From the NCBI GenBank assembly GCA_963776245.1, contig CAVZLN010000003.1, positions 768,561-832,560 on the forward strand: a stretch of 64,000 nt of DNA, in the 5' to 3' direction. This document shows, piece after piece, positions 47,344-56,425 of the stretch (positions within the stretch are counted from its first letter, which is position 1; the number at the start of each line of letters is the position of its first letter). The stretch is from Candidatus Eiseniibacteriota bacterium (GTDB lineage Bacteria > Eisenbacteria > RBG-16-71-46). The position numbers and the translations under genes are program-made. Under the pieces are notes generated by a model. The model ran no database searches and was not told the origin of the DNA. It saw only the letters and a list, made by a program, of their open reading frames with translations.

Positions 47344-48807
47344 ATGACCGACGACACCACCCCGCTGCGCGCCGGCAAGCTCATCATCGATGGGAAGGCG
47401 GTCGATGCGGTCTCGGGCCGCACCTTCACCACCATCAACCCGGCCACCGAGGCGCCCCTGTGCGAGGTGGCGGAGGCGGGGGCCGAGGATGTCGATCGCG
47501 CGGTGCGCGCCGCGCGCGCCGCGTTCGAGGGCGGGCCGTGGTCGCGCCTGCGGGCGGCGGAGCGCCAGCGCATCCTGTGGACGCTCGGGGACCTGATCCT
47601 GGGTCATGCCGACGAGCTGGCGCGGCTCGAGACGCTCGACAACGGCAAGCCGATCTTCGAGTCGCGCCAGGTGGACATCCCGATGGTCGCCGGGTGCTTC
47701 CACTACTTCGCGGGCTGGGCCACCAAGCTCACCGGCGAGACGGTCCCGGTGAACCCCGCGTTCCTGACCTACACGCTGCGCGAGCCGGTCGGCGTGGTGG
47801 GCGCGATCATCCCGTGGAACTTCCCGATGATCATGGTGGGCTGGAAGTGCGGCCCGGCGCTCGCGGCGGGGAACACCGTCGTCCTCAAGCCCGCCGAGCT
47901 GACGCCGCTCACCGCCATCCGCATCGGCGAGCTGGCGCTCGAGGCCGGCCTGCCCCCGGGGGTGCTCAACATCCTCCCGGGCAAGGGCTCGGTCGCGGGC
48001 GAGGCGCTGGTCGCGCATCCGGGGGTGGACAAGATCTCGTTCACCGGCTCGACCGAGGTCGGGAAGCGCATCGTCCGCAGCTCGGCGGACACGCTCAAGA
48101 AGCTCACGCTCGAGCTCGGCGGCAAGTCCCCCAACATCGTGTTCGCCGACGCCGACCTCGACGCCGCGTTGCGCGGCGCGACCACCGGCATCTTCTACGG
48201 CAAGGGCGAGGTGTGCGCCGCGGGCTCGCGCCTGCTGGTGGAATCGGCCGTGTACGACGAGTTCGTGTCCCGGCTCGCCGAGCGCGCGAAGAAGGTGTTG
48301 CCCGGCGACCCGCTCGATCCGAAGACGCGGCTCGGCGCGCTGGTGAGCCGCGGGCAGATGGACAAGGTGCTGGGCTACGTGAAGGCCGGCGTGGACGAGG
48401 GCGCGCGGCTGGTGGCGGGCGGCGCGCGCGCCCCGATCGATGGCAAGGGCTGGTTCGTGCCGGGGACGGTGCTCGCCGACGTGGACAACCGCATGCGGGT
48501 GGCACAGGAGGAGATCTTCGGCCCGGTGCTGGCGGTGATCCGTTTCGACGGGGTCGACGACGCGGTCGCCCAGGCCAACGACGTGGCGTTCGGCCTCGCC
48601 GCCGGCGTCTGGACCCGCGACGTCAAGAAGGCGCACGCGGTCGCGCGCCGCCTCCGGGCGGGCACGGTCTGGATCAACACGTACAACCTCTACGACCCCG
48701 CGATGCCCTTCGGCGGGGTGAAGGCGTCGGGTTTCGGCCGCGACCTCGGCGCGGACAGTCTGCGCGAGTACACCCAGGTGAAGAGTGTCTGGACCAGCAT
48801 CGAGTGA
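47344..48807 (+). CDS. NAD(P)-dependent aldehyde dehydrogenase
   Basis: Catalytic Glu/Cys motifs (LELGGKSP and …FYGKGEVCAAGSRLLV…) and the Gly-rich NAD site GSTEVGKRI. ATG verified. Confidence 0.9.
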   Translation: MTDDTTPLRAGKLIIDGKAVDAVSGRTFTTINPATEAPLCEVAEAGAEDVDRAVRAARAAFEGGPWSRLRAAERQRILWTLGDLILGHADELARLETLDNGKPIFESRQVDIPMVAGCFHYFAGWATKLTGETVPVNPAFLTYTLREPVGVVGAIIPWNFPMIMVGWKCGPALAAGNTVVLKPAELTPLTAIRIGELALEAGLPPGVLNILPGKGSVAGEALVAHPGVDKISFTGSTEVGKRIVRSSADTLKKLTLELGGKSPNIVFADADLDAALRGATTGIFYGKGEVCAAGSRLLVESAVYDEFVSRLAERAKKVLPGDPLDPKTRLGALVSRGQMDKVLGYVKAGVDEGARLVAGGARAPIDGKGWFVPGTVLADVDNRMRVAQEEIFGPVLAVIRFDGVDDAVAQANDVAFGLAAGVWTRDVKKAHAVARRLRAGTVWINTYNLYDPAMPFGGVKASGFGRDLGADSLREYTQVKSVWTSIE

Positions 48808-48817
48808 GGAGGCTGTC

Positions 48818-49930
48818 GTGGACCGTCTGCTCTACGTGATCGTGCATACCACCGACCTCGAGGCCACCACGCGGTTCTACCGCGACCAACTCGGCCTCGA
48901 GACCGCGCAGCAGAACCCCCACTGGGTCGACTATCGGACCGGAGGCGCGCGTCTCGGCACCCTGGAGGTGCATCCGGGGATGGCGTGCGAGATCGAGGTC
49001 TCGCTGCACGCGCCCGATCTCGAGTCCACGGTCGAGTCGCTGCGGGCGCGCGGCGTCCGGTTCATGGGGGAGATCAAGACCATCCCGTTCGGCCGGGTGG
49101 CCCACCTGCGCGATCCCAACGGCACGCTGATCTCGCTCTACGCCCCGCTCCAGGTGCCGCACATGCTCGAGGGGCCGATGGCCCTCACGCTCACGATCAA
49201 CGCCGACGACTTCAACACCACGGCGGCCTTCTACCGCGACGTCCTGCGGCTCGGGGTGGCGGACGAGCATCCCGGCTGGATCGAGTTCGAGACCGGCGGA
49301 ACGCGCCTCGCGGTGCATCGCCGCGCCCGCGGCGGCGACGCTCCCGAGCACGCGGTCCAGAAGGTGGTGGCCGGCTTCGAGGTGGCGAATCTCGATGACG
49401 CCGCCGCGGCGACGCGCGCGCGCGGGCTTCACTTCAGCACCGCTCCGACCGACGCCGACTTCGGGCCCTATGCCGAGGCGACGGATCCGGAGGGGAACGT
49501 AGTGGTGTTGCGGGAGCCCGCACTGGAGCCCACGCTCGAAGAGGTGCTGGCCGAGGGGTACGACGACGGCGACGCGCCGGCCCGCATCGCCATCCGCAAG
49601 CCGGTCCACAAGCAGTCGAAGGCGATGAGCCGCGTGGTCATCAAGCCGGACTACAAGCCGCGCAAGAAGGCGGCCCCGAAGCCGGCGGCGGACGCGGCGC
49701 GCGCGGAGCGCAAGACGGCCGTCGCGTCGAAGCGGGGAGCCGGCCCGCAGGGCGCGCGCCTCAAGCCGAAGACCACGCGCGACGTGAAGCGGGCCAAGGC
49801 CAAGCCGGCCGCGGGGCGCGCCAAGAAGGCATCGGCGCGCACGGCGGTGGGGAAGAAGCGCGCGGTGGCGAGGGCCAGCAAGACTCGCCCGGTGAAGAAG
49901 GCGGCCTCGCGCGTGGCGCGCAAGCGCTGA
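48818..49930 (+). CDS. Tandem VOC (glyoxalase/bleomycin-resistance/dioxygenase) domains fused to a ~130-aa Lys/Ala/Pro-rich histone-H1-like C-terminal tail
   Basis: Two …H….D…..FY.D.LG… VOC units. The C-terminus reads KPDYKPRKKAAPKPAADAARAERKTAVASKRGAGPQGARLKPKTTRDVKRAKAKPAAGRAKKASARTAVGKKRAVARASKTRPVKKAASRVARKR. GTG start 5 nt after GAGGAGG, which overlaps the ALDH stop. Confidence 0.7.
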   Translation: MDRLLYVIVHTTDLEATTRFYRDQLGLETAQQNPHWVDYRTGGARLGTLEVHPGMACEIEVSLHAPDLESTVESLRARGVRFMGEIKTIPFGRVAHLRDPNGTLISLYAPLQVPHMLEGPMALTLTINADDFNTTAAFYRDVLRLGVADEHPGWIEFETGGTRLAVHRRARGGDAPEHAVQKVVAGFEVANLDDAAAATRARGLHFSTAPTDADFGPYAEATDPEGNVVVLREPALEPTLEEVLAEGYDDGDAPARIAIRKPVHKQSKAMSRVVIKPDYKPRKKAAPKPAADAARAERKTAVASKRGAGPQGARLKPKTTRDVKRAKAKPAAGRAKKASARTAVGKKRAVARASKTRPVKKAASRVARKR

Positions 49931-50144
49931 GCCGGGCCTTCCTCCGGGATCGACGACCGTCGCCCCATCCGGGTGGCGGTCGTCGTCGCGACGGCCACCG
50001 GGACGACCGGAAAGAAAAGCCCACGGGCGCCTTCGCCGCCTGTCCCCCGACCATGACGGATCCAGCACCCGTGGTTTCAAACTCGGGTTCGCGCGGCCAC
50101 AGACGCCGTGGTTCCCCGTACGGCACTGTGGGACATCGCGGCGC

Positions 50145-52535
50145 GTGCCGGGATGTCTCATCTTGGAGACAGGACCGCATTGCCGACGCGGCGCCGCTCC
50201 CATAGACTATGAGCGCGATGTCGCAAGCCCGGAGGAGACCGGGGCAGCCCCCACGCTCCCAGGCCGTCCCCGCGTTCGCGGCCGCCGCAATCGTGGCCGT
50301 GGCGGGTTGCGGCGTGCTCGCTTTTCTGCCCCCCGACTCGCGCTCCACCCGCACGTGCTCTACCCGGACTCGCGCTATTGCGTCCCGGTGGACGCGCTCG
50401 CGCTGGCCCACCACGACATCGCCTTCGGTGACGGGCATCACGTGCTGCTCGGCCGGCTGCTCGACCGCCAGTTCAAGATCGTGTGGCAGGAGAACTACTT
50501 CACCCGGGACGTCGCGCCGAGCGCCGCGGTGGACGTGGACGGCGATGGCACCGAGGAGTTGTGCCTCTACGCCGGGGACTCCACCGCCGCGTCCGCGTGG
50601 GCGCTCGGTGCCGACGGGCGCGAGCGCCTGCGCATCGGGCTTTCGCGCGAGGCGGCGGCGCGCGCGGGCGTCACGTGGGATGGGAAGATCGCGATCGACG
50701 GCGTGCTCGAACGCGAAGGCCGCCGCCTGTTGGTGTGCCGGCTGACCGCGGGCTTCGCGGGGCACCCGCGCGGTGTGACGCTGATCGATGTCGCGACGCG
50801 GGCACGCGAGTGGACCTATGACATGGGGACGTTCCCGGTGCGCGCCGCGACCGCCGATGTCGACGGCGACGGTGCTTCCGAGGTGCTGGTGACCACCGGC
50901 TCGATCGACAATCACGTGTCGGCGAACGGCACCGACGACTCGCACGACTACGTGATCGCGATCGGCGCGGGGGGCGCGCGCGAGTGGCAGCTCGAGGTGG
51001 GCGGCCCGTTCGGGATCAGCCAGGCCGCGGTGCTGCCACCGGACGCCGAGAACACCGCGCCACGCGTGGTCGCGACCTTCTGCAGCCAGCGCGCGCGGCA
51101 GCCGGAGCCCGGGCGCCTCTTCCTGCTCGACGGCCGCACCGGCCGGGAGATCGATCGCCGCGAGTTCGAACAGGGCCTCGGGGTGCCGCGGCCGTTCGGC
51201 GCCGGCGACGGATTCGTGGTGGGCTCGCGGGACGGGATGCTGCGCGTGTTCGATCATGGCCTGCGCCTGGTGTGCCAGCGCAGCGTGGGCGAGGTGGTCG
51301 AGGCCTGGGGGTGCGCGGACGTCGACGGGGACGGCGAGCCCGAGATCGTGGCGTCCACGCAGGCGGAGGTGCTGGTGCTCGAGCGCGACCTGATGGTGCG
51401 CGCACGCATGCCGGTGACCGAACACGAGAACCCCGCCCCGGTCAGCCTCGCGAGCGCCGGCGTCGGGCATGCGCGCTTCGCGGTCTCCGACGGGCGGGCG
51501 ATCCTCGTGGACCCCGTCTTCCAGTCGCACCTCGAGGCCCCCGCGAGCGTCGCGCCGGTGCTCGGGCTCGCGCTCGCCACCGGCCTCGTGGTGCCGTTCG
51601 CGCGCCGCGCCCGGCGCCGCGCGCGCCGGCCGTCCGAGCCCGCGGTGCGCGAGTTCCTGCTCGACTACCACCAGATCCGCCACGAGACCTTCGAGCAGGA
51701 GCGTCCCTTCGCGCGGCTGCGCCTGTGGGCGCAGGCGCGCGCGGCCGGGCATCCGCTGCCCGCGGAGATGCTCGAGAGCGCGTGCGCCGAGTTCGAGCAC
51801 CTCGGGCTGCCGACGCTGGCCCGGTTCGCCGACCGCGCCGCGGCGATCCAGGTGGAGCGCGCGCGCGTGCGCAGCATCCGTGCGCGCGGGCGCGAGGTCG
51901 TTGCGGCGCTGCAGAAGGCGCGCGCCGCGGGCGACGCCGCGCGTATCGCCCGGGTGGTCGAGGCGCTGGCCGCCATCGACGCGCTGGCGCAGGACTGCTA
52001 CGAGGTCTACTGGGAGGTGGTGATGCGCGCGCCGTGCCGCGCCACCGTGGTGGCGGCCGAGGCGATGCTGGCCAAGGCCATCCTGCTCGAGCGCGGGACG
52101 ATCCGCACCCGCTACGATGCCGATCCGCACGCCCGGGAGCCCGTGCTGTTCGACCCGGACGAACTCCGCGCGCTGATCGGGGAGCTGGTCGAGAACTCCG
52201 CGCGGGCCCTGGTCGGATCGCCGGACGCGGCGCTCGAGGTCTCGGTCCGGGAGCATCCGGTCGATCCGCGCCGCGTCGTGATCTCGGTGAGCGACAACGG
52301 CCCCGGCCTCGCGCCGGACCAGCACGCGCGGCTCTTCACCCCCGAGGGCTCGACCCGGGAGGGGGGCGGCTTCGGGCTCTATCACGCGCGCGAGGTCGCG
52401 CGCCGCTGGCTCGCCGACCTCACGGTCGCGGACCCGCCGTCCGGACGCGGTCTCGCCGTGCAGCTGGTGGTGCTCGCATGTCGCGTGGTCGATCGCCGGG
52501 GCGGCGCGGCGGCCGGGAAGGAGCCGGGGGCATGA
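50145..52535 (+). CDS. Sensor kinase-like protein: FG-GAP/VCBS-like beta-propeller periplasmic domain, one TM segment, cytoplasmic HATPase_c domain without an obvious H-box. The N-terminus is probably affected by a frameshift (see findings)
   Basis: Repeats DVDGDGTEEL, DVDGDGASEV and DVDGDGEPEI. TM SVAPVLGLALATGLVVPF. G-boxes VSDNGPGL…GGFGLY. The ORF-track start is GTG 50145. Coding bias is in frame 1 from 50209 to ~50335 and in frame 0 after that. Confidence 0.6.
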   Translation: MPGCLILETGPHCRRGAAPIDYERDVASPEETGAAPTLPGRPRVRGRRNRGRGGLRRARFSAPRLALHPHVLYPDSRYCVPVDALALAHHDIAFGDGHHVLLGRLLDRQFKIVWQENYFTRDVAPSAAVDVDGDGTEELCLYAGDSTAASAWALGADGRERLRIGLSREAAARAGVTWDGKIAIDGVLEREGRRLLVCRLTAGFAGHPRGVTLIDVATRAREWTYDMGTFPVRAATADVDGDGASEVLVTTGSIDNHVSANGTDDSHDYVIAIGAGGAREWQLEVGGPFGISQAAVLPPDAENTAPRVVATFCSQRARQPEPGRLFLLDGRTGREIDRREFEQGLGVPRPFGAGDGFVVGSRDGMLRVFDHGLRLVCQRSVGEVVEAWGCADVDGDGEPEIVASTQAEVLVLERDLMVRARMPVTEHENPAPVSLASAGVGHARFAVSDGRAILVDPVFQSHLEAPASVAPVLGLALATGLVVPFARRARRRARRPSEPAVREFLLDYHQIRHETFEQERPFARLRLWAQARAAGHPLPAEMLESACAEFEHLGLPTLARFADRAAAIQVERARVRSIRARGREVVAALQKARAAGDAARIARVVEALAAIDALAQDCYEVYWEVVMRAPCRATVVAAEAMLAKAILLERGTIRTRYDADPHAREPVLFDPDELRALIGELVENSARALVGSPDAALEVSVREHPVDPRRVVISVSDNGPGLAPDQHARLFTPEGSTREGGGFGLYHAREVARRWLADLTVADPPSGRGLAVQLVVLACRVVDRRGGAAAGKEPGA

Positions 52536-53593
52536 AGCCACGGGTGCTGATCGTCGAGGACGACGCCGAGCGCGGACAGGTCGTGCACAGCGTATTGGCG
52601 ACCGACTGCGACTGCCACGTGGTCGGCACCGCGGAAGAGGCCTTCGCCGCCATCGGCCGCGCCGGCTGGGAGGCCGCGGTGGTGGACTACGACCTCGCCC
52701 GCGGCGGCAGCGGCCTGGAAGTCCTGCAGGCCCTGCGCGAGGCCTCGCCGGGCTCGCTGCGGGTGCTCTACACGGTGTACTTCACCGACAGCCTGATGCG
52801 CGACATCGACCGCCTCGCGCATCCGCACGCCATCGTGGACGCGCGTCCGGTGGACTTCCTCAACCGGCTGCGCGACGCGCTCGGCCAGTTGCTCGTGGTC
52901 GAGCCGGCGCACGCCGCGGCCGCGTCACCCGATCCGCACGGGCTGTGGTGCGGGGTGGCGCCCCCCACGGTGCGCTTCCTCGCCGACCTGAGATCCGCCG
53001 CTGAGAGCGACGCCGCGGTGTTCCTGGAGGGCGAACCGGGGGCGGGCTCGACGCAGGCCGCCAATCTGCTGCGCGAGTGGCGCGCGGCCTGGCGGTCGCG
53101 GACCGCCCGCACGGAGTGCGCCCTGCTGCCCGCCGTGATCCTGCGCGTGCCGCCCCTGCGCGAGCGGCGCCAGGACATCCCGGCGCTCGCGCGCCGCTAT
53201 CTGCTGGAGCACGCCCGCGCGACCGGCGAGCGGCCGCACGTGCTCGCGAACGAGGCGATCGAGGAACTGGCGCGGCGCGACTGGCGCGGCAATCTGCCGG
53301 AGCTGCACGGCGTGGTCACCCGCGCGTGCCTGAAGGCGGGCGCGCGCGCGCGGATCGGCGTCGGCGACCTGCCGCACGATCATCAGCCGGCGTGGCGCCC
53401 GTCGCAGTACGCGAAGGACGATGGCCAGCGCGAGTGCGTGCTGCGCCAATTGCGCACGGCCCGCAATGTGAGCGGCGCGGCGCGGCTCGAAGGCTGTTCG
53501 CGCGCGAACTACATCCGCATGATGCGGCGCCTCGGCGTGCTGCGCGCCGACGTCTCCGCCGACGTGGCGCTCGAGGGGGACGAGGAGGCGTAG
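52532..53593 (+). CDS. Response regulator with an N-terminal receiver, a degenerate/truncated sigma-54-interaction (AAA+) region and a Fis-type HTH
   Basis: REC: MKPRVLIVEDD…VVDYDL. Degenerate Walker A GEPGAGST, no GAFTGA motif, conserved C-terminal AAA segment …LPPLRERRQDIPALARRYL… HTH …RTARNVSGAARLEGCSRANYIRMMRRLGV. ATG overlaps the sensor stop (ATGA). Confidence 0.7.
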   Translation: MKPRVLIVEDDAERGQVVHSVLATDCDCHVVGTAEEAFAAIGRAGWEAAVVDYDLARGGSGLEVLQALREASPGSLRVLYTVYFTDSLMRDIDRLAHPHAIVDARPVDFLNRLRDALGQLLVVEPAHAAAASPDPHGLWCGVAPPTVRFLADLRSAAESDAAVFLEGEPGAGSTQAANLLREWRAAWRSRTARTECALLPAVILRVPPLRERRQDIPALARRYLLEHARATGERPHVLANEAIEELARRDWRGNLPELHGVVTRACLKAGARARIGVGDLPHDHQPAWRPSQYAKDDGQRECVLRQLRTARNVSGAARLEGCSRANYIRMMRRLGVLRADVSADVALEGDEEA

Positions 53594-53616
53594 GAACGGA
53601 GGCGCGGCGCGCGCGG

Positions 53617-54480
53617 CTACGGCCGGATCGCGCGCACCTTCACCGACGAGACCACCTCGAACGCGCGGCGCTCCGGGCTGCCTTCCGGCAGCGCGTCGGA
53701 GCCCACCGTGTAGCCGCTCTCGGCCAGCACCTCGACCTGCGCGAAGCCCGCCTCGCGCATCAGCCGCAGGTAGTCCTCGCGCAGCGACGCGCCCGAGACG
53801 CAGCCCACGTAGAGCGCCACCGAGCGCTTCAGCTCCTCGCCGAGCGGCTCGAGCAGCACCAGGTCGCTCACCATCAGGACGCCGCCGGGCTTGAGCGCGC
53901 GCAGTGCCTCGCGGAACACCTGCGGCTTGTCCGGGGAGAGGTTGACCACGCAATTCGAGATGATCACGTCCACGCTCGCGTCGGCCACCGGCAGGTGCTC
54001 GATCTCGCCGAGCCGGAACTCCACGTTCTCCAGCGTCGTCTTCTTCGCGTTGGCACGCGCCTTCTCGATCATCGCCGGCGTCATGTCCACGCCGATCACG
54101 TGCCCGGCCGGGCCGACCTCGCGGGCGGCGAGGAAGCAGTCGATGCCGGCCCCCGAGCCCAGGTCGAGCACGGTCATGCCGGGCTTCAGCGCCGCGAACG
54201 CCAGCGGATTGCCGCACCCGAGACCGAGGTTCGCGCCCGCCGGCAGCGCCGCGATCTGCTCTGGCGAGTAGCCGAGCTGCGCGACCACTGTGTCGGCGTC
54301 CACGCTCGCGCAGCAGCCGGCGAGGCTCGCCTGGCCCTGGGCCACCGCACCGTACTTCTCGCGCACCACGGTGCGCGGATCGGCGCCGGGGGCGAGCGTC
54401 TCGCCCTGGTCGCCGCAGCCGCAGCCGGCGACGGAGTGGACGGAGAGGAAGGGATTCGGGACCGGCCGGGTGTCGCTCAT
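53617..54480 (-). CDS. arsM: Arsenite S-adenosylmethionine methyltransferase (ArsM/AS3MT-like)
   Basis: SAM motif VLDLGSGAGID and conserved cysteines (…AGCGCGDQ…LAGCCASVD…, …YVGCVSGA). The ATG is verified and preceded by GAGGACG. The 590 upstream codons of ORF 53617..56256 are shadow. Confidence 0.8.
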   Translation of the reverse strand: MSDTRPVPNPFLSVHSVAGCGCGDQGETLAPGADPRTVVREKYGAVAQGQASLAGCCASVDADTVVAQLGYSPEQIAALPAGANLGLGCGNPLAFAALKPGMTVLDLGSGAGIDCFLAAREVGPAGHVIGVDMTPAMIEKARANAKKTTLENVEFRLGEIEHLPVADASVDVIISNCVVNLSPDKPQVFREALRALKPGGVLMVSDLVLLEPLGEELKRSVALYVGCVSGASLREDYLRLMREAGFAQVEVLAESGYTVGSDALPEGSPERRAFEVVSSVKVRAIRP

Positions 54481-54698
54481 GACGTCCTCAGGATGCTCGG
54501 GGATCGGGCGGGCCGTGGGCCCCGTGCCCACACGCGCTCCGGCATCCGACCCTACGCTGCGCCCCCGGGTGGCACAAGCGCCCGACCGGTCCGCTGGGCC
54601 TCCACGTGCCGGTTCTTGCAGTGGCCTGACACCCGGCCGGCCCCGCGCCTCGGGCGACTCCGCGCTTCGGGTCATCGCGCCGTCGTCCTTGCGTATCG

Positions 54699-54728
54699 TT
54701 GACGCTTCGCGACGCGCCTCTCTATACT
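54699..54728 (+). promoter_or_regulatory. Near-consensus sigma-70 promoter TTGACG-N18-TATACT about 85 nt upstream of the enoyl-CoA hydratase gene
   Basis: Read directly in the 333-bp divergent intergenic region; a rare AT-rich hexamer in a GC-rich context. Confidence 0.35.
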
Positions 54729-54813
54729 CCGCCCCCTCGGACCCCACCCGCGAGTCCTGCGGCCCGCCGCGGCCGACCCGTCCCGCGATCCACACCCCAC
54801 AGGAGAACCCAGG

Positions 54814-55641
54814 ATGGAAGCCACCAAGTCCCGGCTCGTGGACTATCGGGCTCAGGGCGGCGTCGCCGTCATCGAGCTCACGAACGCGCCGATGAACTGC
54901 TACACCTTCGAGATGATGGCCCAGTTGGACGACGCCATCCTCAAGGCGCGCTTCGACGACGACGTGTACGTCATCGTGCTGCGCGGGGCGGGCGAGAAGG
55001 TCTTCTGCGCCGGCGCTGACATCAACATGCTCAATTCGGTCACGCCCGGCTTCAAGTACTACTTCTGCCTGCACGCCAACGAGACCCTCAACCGGCTCGA
55101 GCACACGCCCAAGCTGGTGATCGCGGCGATGAACGGCCACACCGTGGGCGGCGGGCTCGAGATCGCGATGGCCGCCGATCTCCGGGTGGCGTTCAAGAAC
55201 ACCACTCTCCCGGTCGAGAAGCAGGGCAAGATCGGCCTGCCCGAGGTCACCCTCGGCGTGCTCCCCGGGACCGGCGGCACCCAGCGCCTGGCGCGGCTGG
55301 TGAACAAGTCGAAGGCGATCGAACTGATGGTGACCGGCGACCTGCTCACGCTCGAGCAGGCGAAGGAGATGGACATCATCAACCGGATCGTCGAGGCGGC
55401 GTCGGTGGACGAGTTCATGAAGAAGGTCATGGACTTCGCCGCGAGCTTCTGCCCGCCCCACAAGGCGGCGAAGGCGGTCGGACGCATCAAGCGCTCGGTG
55501 CAGAGCGGCTCCGAGGTCCCGTTCGAATCGGCGCTCGCGATCGAGCGCGAGCTGCAGCAGCAGCTGTTCCAGAGCGAGGACGCGAAGGAAGGCATCGCCG
55601 CGTACGTCGGCAAGCGCAAGGCCGAGTTCAAGGGCCGCTAG
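54814..55641 (+). CDS. Enoyl-CoA hydratase/isomerase (crotonase family)
   Basis: …VIVLRGAGEKVFCAGADI… and …AAMNGHTVGGGLEIAMAADLRVA… match the crotonase fold. AGGAGAACCCAGG precedes the ATG. Confidence 0.9.
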   Translation: MEATKSRLVDYRAQGGVAVIELTNAPMNCYTFEMMAQLDDAILKARFDDDVYVIVLRGAGEKVFCAGADINMLNSVTPGFKYYFCLHANETLNRLEHTPKLVIAAMNGHTVGGGLEIAMAADLRVAFKNTTLPVEKQGKIGLPEVTLGVLPGTGGTQRLARLVNKSKAIELMVTGDLLTLEQAKEMDIINRIVEAASVDEFMKKVMDFAASFCPPHKAAKAVGRIKRSVQSGSEVPFESALAIERELQQQLFQSEDAKEGIAAYVGKRKAEFKGR

Positions 55642-55723
55642 CCCGCGGCACGGCGTGCTCGAGCCCCGTCGCCCGCGAGGGCGGCGGGGCTTTGCCACGG
55701 GTGGACGCGGGCGCACCCCGCGC

Positions 55724-56425
55724 TCAGGGCAGGCGCAGGATCCCCAGATCGGTCCGCGCGATGCGGGCCTCCCCGCGGAGCGCCGCGACCCTCCAGAGCA
55801 GCGTGTCCCCGGAGGCGGCGCCGGCCACGGCGCCGGGCGCCAGCACGAGGACGGTCTCTCGCGCCGTCCCCAGGACGGCCAGCGCGCGCAGCTCAGGAGA
55901 ATACAGGCGCACCTCGTAGCGATCGGCCCCTTGGACGGCGCGCCAGCGCAGCTCGACGCGGCCGCCCGCGCGTGTCGTCGGCGCCATCCGCACCATCCCG
56001 CTGTCGGGGCCACCGCTCGCCTGCCCGCGCAGGACGCCGCTGGCGTGCTCCAGCCCGCCCGGACGCTGCACCAGGAGCACCCCCGCCACCACCAGCGCCG
56101 CCGCCGCGAACGCGACCGCGGGTGCGCCGAACCAGCCCCACGGTCCTCGCGTCCGCGCGCGCTCGTGGCGCACGCGTCCCGGGTCCAGCACGTGGCCGGT
56201 CGCGTCGTCCGGCGCGACCTCGCGGGCGAGGAACTCGGCCAGCCGGTCTTCGGCATCGCGCAGCTCGGCGGCTGGAAGGTGCGCGGGCGGCGCGATGAAC
56301 TGCTGGTGGCGCACGTGCAGCGTGCGGCAGCGCGGGCACGCGTCCAGGTGGCGGCGCCGCGGGTCGTCCTCCGGCAGCCGCGATGCCGCGGCGATCTCGG
56401 CCAGGGTGAGATGGCGGCCGCTCAT
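55724..56425 (-). CDS. Zinc-binding (ZAS-type, HxxxCxxC) single-pass anti-sigma factor with a periplasmic C-terminal domain
   Basis: N-terminus MSGRHLTLAEIAAASRLPEDDPRRRHLDACPRCRTLHV. TM WFGAPAVAFAAAALVVAGVLLV. The ATG overlaps the stop of the ECF sigma gene (ATGA). The 109 upstream codons in the ORF track are rejected. Confidence 0.65.
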   Translation of the reverse strand: MSGRHLTLAEIAAASRLPEDDPRRRHLDACPRCRTLHVRHQQFIAPPAHLPAAELRDAEDRLAEFLAREVAPDDATGHVLDPGRVRHERARTRGPWGWFGAPAVAFAAAALVVAGVLLVQRPGGLEHASGVLRGQASGGPDSGMVRMAPTTRAGGRVELRWRAVQGADRYEVRLYSPELRALAVLGTARETVLVLAPGAVAGAASGDTLLWRVAALRGEARIARTDLGILRLP

